This document shows positions 42,101 to 54,350 of a stretch of DNA of 64,000 nt, one piece after another. The stretch comes from Lingula anatina (lineage: Eukaryota > Animalia > Brachiopoda). Positions within the stretch are counted from its first letter, which is position 1, and each line of letters opens with the position of its first letter. Position numbers and translations under genes: made by a program. The DNA is taken from positions 3,162,001-3,226,000 of the forward strand of contig JBPQGU010000016.1 of the NCBI GenBank assembly GCA_051362555.1. Reading direction: 5' to 3'. The notes beneath the pieces are model-generated. The model was not told the origin of the DNA, did no database searches, and saw only the letters and a list, made by a program, of their open reading frames with translations.

Positions 42101-45100
42101 GTTTTTGGCTATCTTTAAAGCTGGAATTGGGGGCTTTAATGAAGTGATCCGGGCGTGTTTCCACATTTTTTATGAATGACAGGTGTGGTAGATTGATTTT
42201 CATCACATTTCGGAAAAATTGGTGACGGGTCGTTTTTGGGTGATTTTGAGTGATTTTCATCAGGTCCGCGTACAGCAGATTTCTTCAATTTTGGCCAAAA
42301 AGGGAAGAAATTTTTTTTTCTTCATTTTAGTGACCGGTAGGTGTGTTGGGTCATTTGTAGTAAGTATAAAGTACTGGAAGAGTGGTTGTGTCAATATTAA
42401 GGAAGAAAAAGAGCAAAAACTCTGGCCACCCCCCCCCCCCTCCAGATCCTGTTTTCAGCTGTGTTTTTGGCTATCTTTAAAGCTGGAATTGGGGGCTTTA
42501 ATGAAGTGATCCGGGCGTGTTTCCACATTTTTTATGAATGACAGGTGTGGTAGATTGATTTTCATCACATTTCGGAAAAATTGGTGACGGGTCGTTTTTG
42601 GGTGATTTTGAGTGATTTTCATCAGGTCCGCGTACAGCAGATTTCTTCAATTTTGGCCAAAAAGGGAAGAAATTTTTTTTTCTTCATTTTAGTGACCGGT
42701 AGGTGTGTTGGGTCATTTGTAGTAAGTATAAAGTACTGGAAGAGTGGTTGTGTCAATATTAAGGAAGAAAAAGAGCAAAAACTCTGGCCACCCCCCCCCC
42801 CCTCCAGATCCTGTTTTCAGCTGTGTTTTTGGCTATCTTTAAAGCTGGAATTGGGGGCTTTAATGAAGTGATCCGGGCGTGTTTCCACATTTTTTATGAA
42901 TGACAGGTGTGGTAGATTGATTTTCATCACATTTCGGAAAAATTGGTGACGGGTCGTTTTTGGGTGATTTTGAGTGATTTTCATCAGGTCCGCGTACAGC
43001 AGATTTCTTCAATTTTGGCCAAAAAGGGAAGAAATTTTTTTTTCTTCATTTTAGTGACCGGTAGGTGTGTTGGGTCATTTGTAGTAAGTATAAAGTACTG
43101 GAAGAGTGGTTGTGTCAATATTAAGGAAGAAAAAGAGCAAAAACTCTGGCCACCCCCCCCCCCTCCAGATCCTGTTTTCAGCTGTGTTTTTGGCTATCTT
43201 TAAAGCTGGAATTGGGGGCTTTAATGAAGTGATCCGGGCGTGTTTCCACATTTTTTATGAATGACAGGTGTGGTAGATTGATTTTCATCACATTTCGGAA
43301 AAATTGGTGACGGGTCGTTTTTGGGTGATTTTGAGTGATTTTCATCAGGTCCGCGTACAGCAGATTTCTTCAATTTTGGCCAAAAAGGGAAGAAATTTTT
43401 TTTTCTTCATTTTAGTGACCGGTAGGTGTGTTGGGTCATTTGTAGTAAGTATAAAGTACTGGAAGAGTGGTTGTGTCAATATTAAGGAAGAAAAAGAGCA
43501 AAAACTCTGGCCACCCCCCCCCCCTCCAGATCCTGTTTTCAGCTGTGTTTTTGGCTATCTTTAAAGCTGGAATTGGGGGCTTTAATGAAGTGATCCGGGC
43601 GTGTTTCCACATTTTTTATGAATGACAGGTGTGGTAGATTGATTTTCATCACATTTCGGAAAAATTGGTGACGGGTCGTTTTTGGGTGATTTTGAGTGAT
43701 TTTCATCAGGTCCGCGTACAGCAGATTTCTTCAATTTTGGCCAAAAAGGGAAGAAATTTTTTTTTCTTCATTTTAGTGACCGGTAGGTGTGTTGGGTCAT
43801 TTGTAGTAAGTATAAAGTACTGGAAGAGTGGTTGTGTCAATATTAAGGAAGAAAAAGAGCAAAAACTCTGGCCACCCCCCCCCCCCCCAGATCCTGTTTT
43901 CAGCTGTGTTTTTGGCTATCTTTAAAGCTGGAATTGGGGGCTTTAATGAAGTGATCCGGGCGTGTTTCCACATTTTTTATGAATGACAGGTGTGGTAGAT
44001 TGATTTTCATCACATTTCGGAAAAATTGGTGACGGGTCGTTTTTGGGTGATTTTGAGTGATTTTCATCAGGTCCGCGTACAGCAGATTTCTTCAATTTTG
44101 GCCAAAAAGGGAAGAAATTTTTTTTTCTTCATTTTAGTGACCGGTAGGTGTGTTGGGTCATTTGTAGTAAGTATAAAGTACTGGAAGAGTGGTTGTGTCA
44201 ATATTAAGGAAGAAAAAGAGCAAAAACTCTGGCCACCCCCCCCCCCTCCAGATCCTGTTTTCAGCTGTGTTTTTGGCTATCTTTAAAGCTGGAATTGGGG
44301 GCTTTAATGAAGTGATCCGGGCGTGTTTCCACATTTTTTATGAATGACAGGTGTGGTAGATTGATTTTCATCACATTTCGGAAAAATTGGTGACGGGTCG
44401 TTTTTGGGTGATTTTGAGTGATTTTCATCAGGTCCGCGTACAGCAGATTTCTTCAATTTTGGCCAAAAAGGGAAGAAATTTTTTTTTCTTCATTTTAGTG
44501 ACCGGTAGGTGTGTTGGGTCATTTGTAGTAAGTATAAAGTACTGGAAGAGTGGTTGTGTCAATATTAAGGAAGAAAAAGAGCAAAAACTCTGGCCACCCC
44601 CCCCCCCCTCCAGATCCTGTTTTCAGCTGTGTTTTTGGCTATCTTTAAAGCTGGAATTGGGGGCTTTAATGAAGTGATCCGGGCGTGTTTCCACATTTTT
44701 TATGAATGACAGGTGTGGTAGATTGATTTTCATCACATTTCGGAAAAATTGGTGACGGGTCGTTTTTGGGTGATTTTGAGTGATTTTCATCAGGTCCGCG
44801 TACAGCAGATTTCTTCAATTTTGGCCAAAAAGGGAAGAAATTTTTTTTTCTTCATTTTAGTGACCGGTAGGTGTGTTGGGTCATTTGTAGTAAGTATAAA
44901 GTACTGGAAGAGTGGTTGTGTCAATATTAAGGAAGAAAAAGAGCAAAAACTCTGGCCACCCCCCCCCCAGATCCTGTTTTCAGCTGTGTTTTTGGCTATC
45001 TTTAAAGCTGGAATTGGGGGCTTTAATGAAGTGATCCGGGCGTGTTTCCACATTTTTTATTAATGACAGGTGTGGTAGATTGATTTTCATCACATTTCGG

Positions 45101-46868
45101 AAAAATTGGTGACGGGTCGTTTTTGGGTGATTTTGAGTGATTTTCATCAGGTCCGCGTACAGCAGATTTCTTCAATTTTGGCCAAAAAGGGAAGAAATTT
45201 TTTTTTCTTCATTTTAGTGACCGGTAGGTGTGTTGGGTCATTTGTAGTAAGTATAAAGTACTGGAAGAGTGGTTGTGTCAATATTAAGGAAGAAAAAGAG
45301 CAAAAACTCTGGCCACCCCCCCCCCCTCCAGATCCTGTTTTCAGCTGTGTTTTTGGCTATCTTTAAAGCTGGAATTGGGGGCTTTAATGAAGTGATCCGG
45401 GCGTGTTTCCACATTTTTTATGAATGACAGGTGTGGTAGATTGATTTTCATCACATTTCGGAAAAATTGGTGACGGGTCGTTTTTGGGTGATTTTGAGTG
45501 ATTTTCATCAGGTCCGCGTACAGCAGATTTCTTCAATTTTGGCCAAAAAGGGAAGAAATTTTTTTTTCTTCATTTTAGTGACCGGTAGGTGTGTTGGGTC
45601 ATTTGTAGTAAGTATAAAGTACTGGAAGAGTGGTTGTGTCAATATTAAGGAAGAAAAAGAGCAAAAACTCTGGCCACCCCCCCCCCCCTCCAGATCCTGT
45701 TTTCAGCTGTGTTTTTGGCTATCTTTAAAGCTGGAATTGGGGGCTTTAATGAAGTGATCCGGGCGTGTTTCCACATTTTTTATGAATGACAGGTATGGTA
45801 GATTGATTTTCATCACATTTCGGAAAAATTGGTGACGGGTCGTTTTTGGGTGATTTTGAGTGATTTTCATCAGGTCCGCGTACAGCAGATTTCTTCAATT
45901 TTGGCCAAAAAGGGAAGAAATTTTTTTTTCTTCGTTTTAGTGACCGGTAGGTGTGTTGGGTCATTTGTAGTAAGTATAAAGTACTGGAAGAGTGGTTGTG
46001 TCAATATTAAGGAAGAAAAAGAGCAAAAACTCTGGCCACCCCCCCCCCCCCCCTCCAGATCCTGTTTTCAGCTGTGTTTTTGGCTATCTTTAAAGCTGGA
46101 ATTGGGGGCTTTAATGAAGTGATCCGGGCGTGTTTCCACATTTTTTATGAATGACAGGTGTGGTAGATTGATTTTCATCACATTTCAGAAAAATTGGTGA
46201 CGGGTCGTTTTTGGGTGATTTTGAGTGATTTTCATCAGGTCCGCATACAGCAGATTTCTTCAATTTTGGCCAAAAAGGGAAGAAATTTTTTTTTCTTCAT
46301 TTTAGTGACCGGTAGGTGTGTTGGGTCATTTGTAGTAAGTATAAAGTACTGGAAGAGTGGTTGTGTCAATATTAAGGAAGAAAAAGAGCAAAAACTCTGG
46401 CCACCCCCCCCCCCTCCAGATCCTGTTTTCAGCTGTGTTTTTGGCTATCTTTAAAGCTGGAATTGGGGGCTTTAATGAAGTGATCCGGGCGTGTTTCCAC
46501 ATTTTTTATGAATGACAGGTGAGGTAGATTGATTTTCATCACATTTCGGAAAAATTGGTGACGGGTCGTTTTTGGGTGATTTTGAGTGATTTTCATCAGG
46601 TCCGCGTACAGCAGATTTCTTCAATTTTGGCCAAAAAGGGAAGAAATTTTTTTTTCTTCATTTTAGTGACCGGTAGGTGTGTTGGGTCATTTGTAGTAAG
46701 TATAAAGTACTGGAAGAGTGGTTGTGTCAATATTAAGGAAGAAAAAGAGCAAAAACTCTGGCCACCCCCCCCCCCCTCCAGATCCTGTTTTCAGCTGTGT
46801 TTTTGGCTATCTTTAAAGCTGGAATTGGGGGCTTTAATGAAGTGATCCGGGCGTGTTTCCACATTTTT

Positions 46869-47205
46869 TATGAATGACAGGTGTGGTAGATTGATTTTCA
46901 TCACATTTCGGAAAAATTGAGTGATTTTCATCAGGTCCGCGTACAGCAGATTTCTTCAATTTTTTCCAAAAAGGGAAGAAATTTTTTTTTCTTCATTTTA
47001 GTGACCGGTAGGTGTGTTGGGTCATTTGTAGTAAGTATAAAGTACTGGAAGAGTGGTTGTGTCAATATTAAGGAAGAAAAAGAGCAAAAACTCTGGCCAT
47101 CCCCCCCCCCCCCTCCAGATCCTGTTTTCAGCTGTGTTTTTGGCTATCTTTAAAGCTGGAATTGGGGGCTTTAATGAAGTGATCCGGGCGTGTTTCCACA
47201 TTTTT
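46869..47205. repeat. Variant monomer with 27-bp deletion, GG>TT and CCAT
   Basis: AAAAATTG joins directly to AGTGATTTTC at 46919/46920 (consensus 52-78 missing). TT at 46964-46965, T at 47100. Confidence 0.95.
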
Positions 47206-50200
47206 TATGAATGACAGGTGTGGTAGATTGATTTTCATCACATTTCGGAAAAATTGGTGACGGGTCGTTTTTGGGTGATTTTGAGTGATTTTCATCAGGT
47301 CCGCGTACAGCAGATTTCTTCAATTTTGGCCAAAAAGGGAAGAAATTTTTTTTTCTTCATTTTAGTGACCGGTAGGTGTGTTGGGTCATTTGTAGTAAGT
47401 ATAAAGTACTGGAAGAGTGGTTGTGTCAATATTAAGGAAGAAAAAGAGCAAAAACTCTGGCCACCCCCCCCCCCTCCAGATCCTGTTTTCAGCTGTGTTT
47501 TTGGCTATCTTTAAAGCTGGAATTGGGGGCTTTAATGAAGTGATCCGGGCGTGTTTCCACATTTTTTATGAATGACAGGTGTGGTAGATTGATTTTCATC
47601 ACATTTCGGAAAAATTGGTGACGGGTCGTTTTTGGGTGATTTTGAGTGATTTTCATCAGGTCCGCGTACAGCAGATTTCTTCAATTTTGGCCAAAAAGGG
47701 AAGAAATTTTTTTTTCTTCATTTTAGTGACCGGTAGGTGTGTTGGGTCATTTGTAGTAAGTATAAAGTACTGGAAGAGTGGTTGTGTCAATATTAAGGAA
47801 GAAAAAGAGCAAAAACTCTGGCCACCCCCCCCCCTCCAGATCCTGTTTTCAGCTGTGTTTTTGGCTATCTTTAAAGCTGGAATTGGGGGCTTTAATGAAG
47901 TGATCCGGGCGTGTTTCCACATTTTTTATGAATGACAGGTGTGGTAGATTGATTTTCATCACATTTCGGAAAAATTGGTGACGGGTCGTTTTTGGGTGAT
48001 TTTGAGTGATTTTCATCAGGTCCGCGTACAGCAGATTTCTTCAATTTTGGCCAAAAAGGGAAGAAATTTTTTTTTCTTCATTTTAGTGACCGGTAGGTGT
48101 GTTGGGTCATTTGTAGTAAGTATAAAGTACTGGAAGAGTGGTTGTGTCAATATTAAGGAAGAAAAAGAGCAAAAACTCTGGCCACCCCCCCCCCCTCCAG
48201 ATCCTGTTTTCAGCTGTGTTTTTGGCTATCTTTAAAGCTGGAATTGGGGGCTTTAATGAAGTGATCCGGGCGTGTTTCCACATTTTTTATGAATGACAGG
48301 TGTGGTAGATTGATTTTCATCACATTTCGGAAAAATTGGTGACGGGTCGTTTTTGGGTGATTTTGAGTGATTTTCATCAGGTCCGCGTACAGCAGATTTC
48401 TTCAATTTTGGCCAAAAAGGGAAGAAATTTTTTTTTCTTCATTTTAGTGACCGGTAGGTGTGTTGGGTCATTTGTAGTAAGTATAAAGTACTGGAAGAGT
48501 GGTTGTGTCAATATTAAGGAAGAAAAAGAGCAAAAACTCTGGCCACCCCCCCCCCCCCCCAGATCCTGTTTTCAGCTGTGTTTTTGGCTATCTTTAAAGC
48601 TGGAATTGGGGGCTTTAATGAAGTGATCCGGGCGTGTTTCCACATTTTTTATGAATGACAGGTGTGGTAGATTGATTTTCATCACATTTCGGAAAAATTG
48701 GTGACGGGTCGTTTTTGGGTGATTTTGAGTGATTTTCATCAGGTCCGCGTACAGCAGATTTCTTCAATTTTGGCCAAAAAGGGAAGAAATTTTTTTTTCT
48801 TCATTTTAGTGACCGGTAGGTGTGTTGGGTCATTTGTAGTAAGTATAAAGTACTGGAAGAGTGGTTGTGTCAATATTAAGGAAGAAAAAGAGCAAAAACT
48901 CTGGCCACCCCCCCCCCCTCCAGATCCTGTTTTCAGCTGTGTTTTTGGCTATCTTTAAAGCTGGAATTGGGGGCTTTAATGAAGTGATCCGGGCGTGTTT
49001 CCACATTTTTTATGAATGACAGGTGTGGTAGATTGATTTTCATCACATTTCGGAAAAATTGGTGACGGGTCGTTTTTGGGTGATTTTGAGTGATTTTCAT
49101 CAGGTCCGCGTACAGCAGATTTCTTCAATTTTGGCCAAAAAGGGAAGAAATTTTTTTTTCTTCATTTTAGTGACCGGTAGGTGTGTTGGGTCATTTGTAG
49201 TAAGTATAAAGTACTGGAAGAGTGGTTGTGTCAATATTAAGGAAGAAAAAGAGCAAAAACTCTGGCCACCCCCCCCCCTCCAGATCCTGTTTTCAGCTGT
49301 GTTTTTGGCTATCTTTAAAGCTGGAATTGGGGGCTTTAATGAAGTGATCCGGGCGTGTTTCCACATTTTTTATGAATGACAGGTGTGGTAGATTGATTTT
49401 CATCACATTTCGGAAAAATTGGTGACGGGTCGTTTTTGGGTGATTTTGAGTGATTTTCATCAGGTCCGCGTACAGCAGATTTCTTCAATTTTGGCCAAAA
49501 AGGGAAGAAATTTTTTTTTCTTCATTTTAGTGACCGGTAGGTGTGTTGGGTCATTTGTAGTAAGTATAAAGTACTGGAAGAGTGGTTGTGTCAATATTAA
49601 GGAAGAAAAAGAGCAAAAACTCTGGCCACCCCCCCCCCCCCCCAGATCCTGTTTTCAGCTGTGTTTTTGGCTATCTTTAAAGCTGGAATTGGGGGCTTTA
49701 ATGAAGTGATCCGGGCGTGTTTCCACATTTTTTATTAATGACAGGTGTGGTAGATTGATTTTCATCACATTTCGGAAAAATTGGTGACGGGTCGTTTTTG
49801 GGTGATTTTGAGTGATTTTCATCAGGTCCGCGTACAGCAGATTTCTTCAATTTTGGCCAAAAAGGGAAGAAATTTTTTTTTCTTCATTTTAGTGACCGGT
49901 AGGTGTGTTGGGTCATTTGTAGTAAGTATAAAGTACTGGAAGAGTGGTTGTGTCAATATTAAGGAAGAAAAAGAGCAAAAACTCTGGCCACCCCCCCCCC
50001 CTCCAGATCCTGTTTTCAGCTGTGTTTTTGGCTATCTTTAAAGCTGGAATTGGGGGCTTTAATGAAGTGATCCGGGCGTGTTTCCACATTTTTTATGAAT
50101 GACAGGTGTGGTAGATTGATTTTCATCACATTTCGGAAAAATTGGTGACGGGTCGTTTTTGGGTGATTTTGAGTGATTTTCATCAGGTCCGCGTACAGCA

Positions 50201-51540
50201 GATTTCTTCAATTTTGGCCAAAAAGGGAAGAAATTTTTTTTTCTTCATTTTAGTGACCGGTAGGTGTGTTGGGTCATTTGTAGTAAGTATAAAGTACTGG
50301 AAGAGTGGTTGTGTCAATATTAAGGAAGAAAAAGAGCAAAAACTCTGGCCACCCCCCCCCCCCCTCCAGATCCTGTTTTCAGCTGTGTTTTTGGCTATCT
50401 TTAAAGCTGGAATTGGGGGCTTTAATGAAGTGATCCGGGCGTGTTTCCACATTTTTTATGAATGACAGGTGTGGTAGATTGATTTTCATCACATTTCGGA
50501 AAAATTGGTGACGGGTCGTTTTTGGGTGATTTTGAGTGATTTTCATCAGGTCCGCGTACAGCAGATTTCTTCAATTTTGGCCAAAAAGGGAAGAAATTTT
50601 TTTTTCTTCATTTTAGTGACCGGTAGGTGTGTTGGGTCATTTGTAGTAAGTATAAAGTACTGGAAGAGTGGTTGTGTCAATATTAAGGAAGAAAAAGAGC
50701 AAAAACTCTGGCCACCCCCCCCCCCCTCCAGATCCTGTTTTCAGCTGTGTTTTTGGCTATCTTTAAAGCTGGAATTGGGGGCTTTAATGAAGTGATCCGG
50801 GCGTGTTTCCACATTTTTTATGAATGACAGGTGTGGTAGATTGATTTTCATCACATTTCAGAAAAATTGGTGACGGGTCGTTTTTGGGTGATTTTGAGTG
50901 ATTTTCATCAGGTCCGCGTACAGCAGATTTCTTCAATTTTGGCCAAAAAGGGAAGAAATTTTTTTTTCTTCATTTTAGTGACCGGTAGGTGTGTTGGGTC
51001 ATTTGTAGTAAGTATAAAGTACTGGAAGAGTGGTTGTGTCAATATTAAGGAAGAAAAAGAGCAAAAACTCTGGCCACCCCCCCCCCCTCCAGATCCTGTT
51101 TTCAGCTGTGTTTTTGGCTATCTTTAAAGCTGGAATTGGGGGCTTTAATGAAGTGATCCGGGTGTGTTTCCACATTTTTTATGAATGACAGGTGTGGTAG
51201 ATTGATTTTCATCACATTTCGGAAAAATTGGTGACGGGTTGTTTTTGGGTGATTTTGAGTGATTTTCATCAGGTCCGCGTACAGCAGATTTCTTCAATTT
51301 TGGCCAAAAAGGGAAGAAATTTTTTTTTCTTCATTTTAGTGACCGGTAGGTGTGTTGGGTCATTTGTAGTAAGTATAAAGTACTGGAAGAGTGGTTGTGT
51401 CAATATTAAGGAAGAAAAAGAGCAAAAACTCTGGCCACCCCCCCCCCCTCCAGATCCTGTTTTCAGCTGTGTTTTTGGCTATCTTTAAAGCTGGAATTGG
51501 GGGCTTTAATGAAGTGATCCGGGCGTGTTTCCACATTTTT

Positions 51541-51876
51541 TATGAATGACAGGTGTGGTAGATTGATTTTCATCACATTTCGGAAAAATTGAGTGATTTT
51601 CATCAGGTCCGCGTACAGCAGATTTCTTCAATTTTTTCCAAAAAGGGAAGAAATTTTTTTTTCTTCATTTTAGTGACCGGTAGGTGTGTTGGGTCATTTG
51701 TAGTAAGTATAAAGTACTGGAAGAGTGGTTGTGTCAATATTAAGGAAGAAAAAGAGCAAAAACTCTGGCCATCCCCCCCCCCCCTCCAGATCCTGTTTTC
51801 AGCTGTGTTTTTGGCTATCTTTAAAGCTGGAATTGGGGGCTTTAATGAAGTGATCCGGGCGTGTTTCCACATTTTT
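51541..51876. repeat. Second copy of the 27-bp deletion monomer
   Basis: Same junction at 51591/51592, TT at 51636-51637, T at 51772. Confidence 0.95.
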
Positions 51877-52899
51877 TATGAATGACAGGTGTGGTAGATT
51901 GATTTTCATCACATTTCGGAAAAATTGGTGACGGGTCGTTTTTGGGTGATTTTGAGTGATTTTCATCAGGTCCGCGTACAGCAGATTTCTTCAATTTTGG
52001 CCAAAAAGGGAAGAAATTTTTTTTTCTTCATTTTAGTGACCGGTAGGTGTGTTGGGTCATTTGTAGTAAGTATAAAGTACTGGAAGAGTGGTTGTGTCAA
52101 TATTAAGGAAGAAAAAGAGCAAAAACTCTGGCCACCCCCCCCCCCCCTCCAGATCCTGTTTTCAGCTGTGTTTTTGGCTATCTTTAAAGCTGGAATTGGG
52201 GGCTTTAATGAAGTGATCCGGGCGTGTTTCCACATTTTTTATGAATGACAGGTGTGGTAGATTGATTTTCATCACATTTCGGAAAAATTGGTGACGGGTC
52301 GTTTTTGGGTGATTTTGAGTGATTTTCATCAGGTCCGCGTACAGCAGATTTCTTCAATTTTGGCCAAAAAGGGAAGAAATTTTTTTTTCTTCATTTTAGT
52401 GACCGGTAGGTGTGTTGGGTCATTTGTAGTAAGTATAAAGTACTGGAAGAGTGGTTGTGTCAATATTAAGGAAGAAAAAGAGCAAAAACTCTGGCCACCC
52501 CCCCCCCCCTCCAGATCCTGTTTTCAGCTGTGTTTTTGGCTATCTTTAAAGCTGGAATTGGGGGCTTTAATGAAGTGATCCGGGCGTGTTTCCACATTTT
52601 TTATGAATGACAGGTGTGGTAGATTGATTTTCATCACATTTCGGAAAAATTGGTGACGGGTCGTTTTTGGGTGATTTTGAGTGATTTTCATCAGGTCCGC
52701 GTACAGCAGATTTCTTCAATTTTGGCCAAAAAGGGAAGAAATTTTTTTTTCTTCATTTTAGTGACCGGTAGGTGTGTTGGGTCATTTGTAGTAAGTATAA
52801 AGTACTGGAAGAGTGGTTGTGTCAATATTAAGGAAGAAAAAGAGCAAAAACTCTGGCCACCCCCCCCCCCCTCCAGATCCTGTTTTCAGCTGTGTTTTT

Positions 52900-54350
52900 G
52901 GCTATCTTTAAAGCTGGAATTGGGGGCTTTAATGAAGAGATCCGGGCGTGTTTCCACATTTTTTATGAATGACAGGTGTGGTAGATTGATTTTCATCACA
53001 TTTCGGAAAAATTGGTGACGGGTCGTTTTTGGGTGATTTTGAGTGATTTTCATCAGGTCCGCGTACAGCAGATTTCTTCAATTTTGGCCAAAAAGGGAAG
53101 AAATTTTTTTTTCTTCATTTTAGTGACCGGTAGGTGTGTTGGGTCATTTGTAGTAAGTATAAAGTACTGGAAGAGTGGTTGTGTCAATATTAAGGAAGAA
53201 AAAGAGCAAAAACTCTGGCCACCCCCCCCCCCTCCAGATCCTGTTTTCAGCTGTGTTTTTGGCTATCTTTAAAGCTGGAATTGGGGGCTTTAATGAAGTG
53301 ATCCGGGCGTGTTTCCACATTTTTTATGAATGACAGGTGTGGTAGATTGATTTTCATCACATTTCGGAAAAATTGGTGCAGGTCGTTTTTGGGTGATTTT
53401 GAGTGATTTTCATCAGGTCCGCGTACAGCAGATTTCTTCAATTTTTTCCAAAAAGGGAAGAAATTTTTTTTTCTTCATTTTAGTGACCGGTAGGTGTGTT
53501 GGGTCATTTGTAGTAAGTATAAAGTACTGGAAGAGTGGTTGTGTCAATATTAAGGAAGAAAAAGAGCAAAAACTCTGGCCATCCCCCCCCCCCCCTCCAG
53601 ATCCTGTTTTCAGCTGTGTTTTTGGCTATCTTTAAAGCTGGAATTGGGGGCTTTAATGAAGAGATCCGGGCGTGTTTCCACATTTTTTATGAATGACAGG
53701 TGTGGTAGATTGATTTTCATCACATTTCGGAAAAATTGGTGACGGGTCGTTTTTGGGTGATTTTGAGTGATTTTCATCAGGTCCGCGTACAGCAGATTTC
53801 TTCAATTTTGGCCAAAAAGGGAAGAAATTTTTTTTTCTTCATTTTAGTGACCGGTAGGTGTGTTGGGTCATTTGTAGTAAGTATAAAGTACTGGAAGAGT
53901 GGTTGTGTCAATATTAAGGAAGAAAAAGAGCAAAAACTCTGGCCACCCCCCCCCCCTCCAGATCCTGTTTTCAGCTGTGTTTTTGGCTATCTTTAAAGCT
54001 GGAATTGGGGGCTTTAATGAAGTGATCCGGGCGTGTTTCCACATTTTTTATGAATGACAGGTGTGGTAGATTGATTTTCATCACATTTCGGAAAAATTGG
54101 TGCAGGTCGTTTTTGGGTGATTTTGAGTGATTTTCATCAGGTCCGCGTACAGCAGATTTCTTCAATTTTTTCCAAAAAGGGAAGAAATTTTTTTTTCTTC
54201 ATTTTAGTGACCGGTAGGTGTGTTGGGTCATTTGTAGTAAGTATAAAGTACTGGAAGAGTGGTTGTGTCAATATTAAGGAAGAAAAAGAGCAAAAACTCT
54301 GGCCATCCCCCCCCCCCCTCCAGATCCTGTTTTCAGCTGTGTTTTTGGCT
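52900..54350. repeat. 2-monomer (724 bp) tandem duplication; ends approximate
   Basis: GAAGAG at 52938/53662, GTGCAGG at 53379/54103, TT at 53446/54170 and CCAT at 53582/54306, all 724 bp apart. Confidence 0.92.

Larger units (their letters stand above)
43600..52900. repeat. Second 13-monomer (~4673 bp) tandem duplication; ends approximate
   Basis: Marker pairs 13 units apart: T-less C tract ~43886/~48558, G>T 45061/49736 with a T-less tract, G>A 46187/50860, and the 27-bp deletion unit at 46919/51591. Confidence 0.92.
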
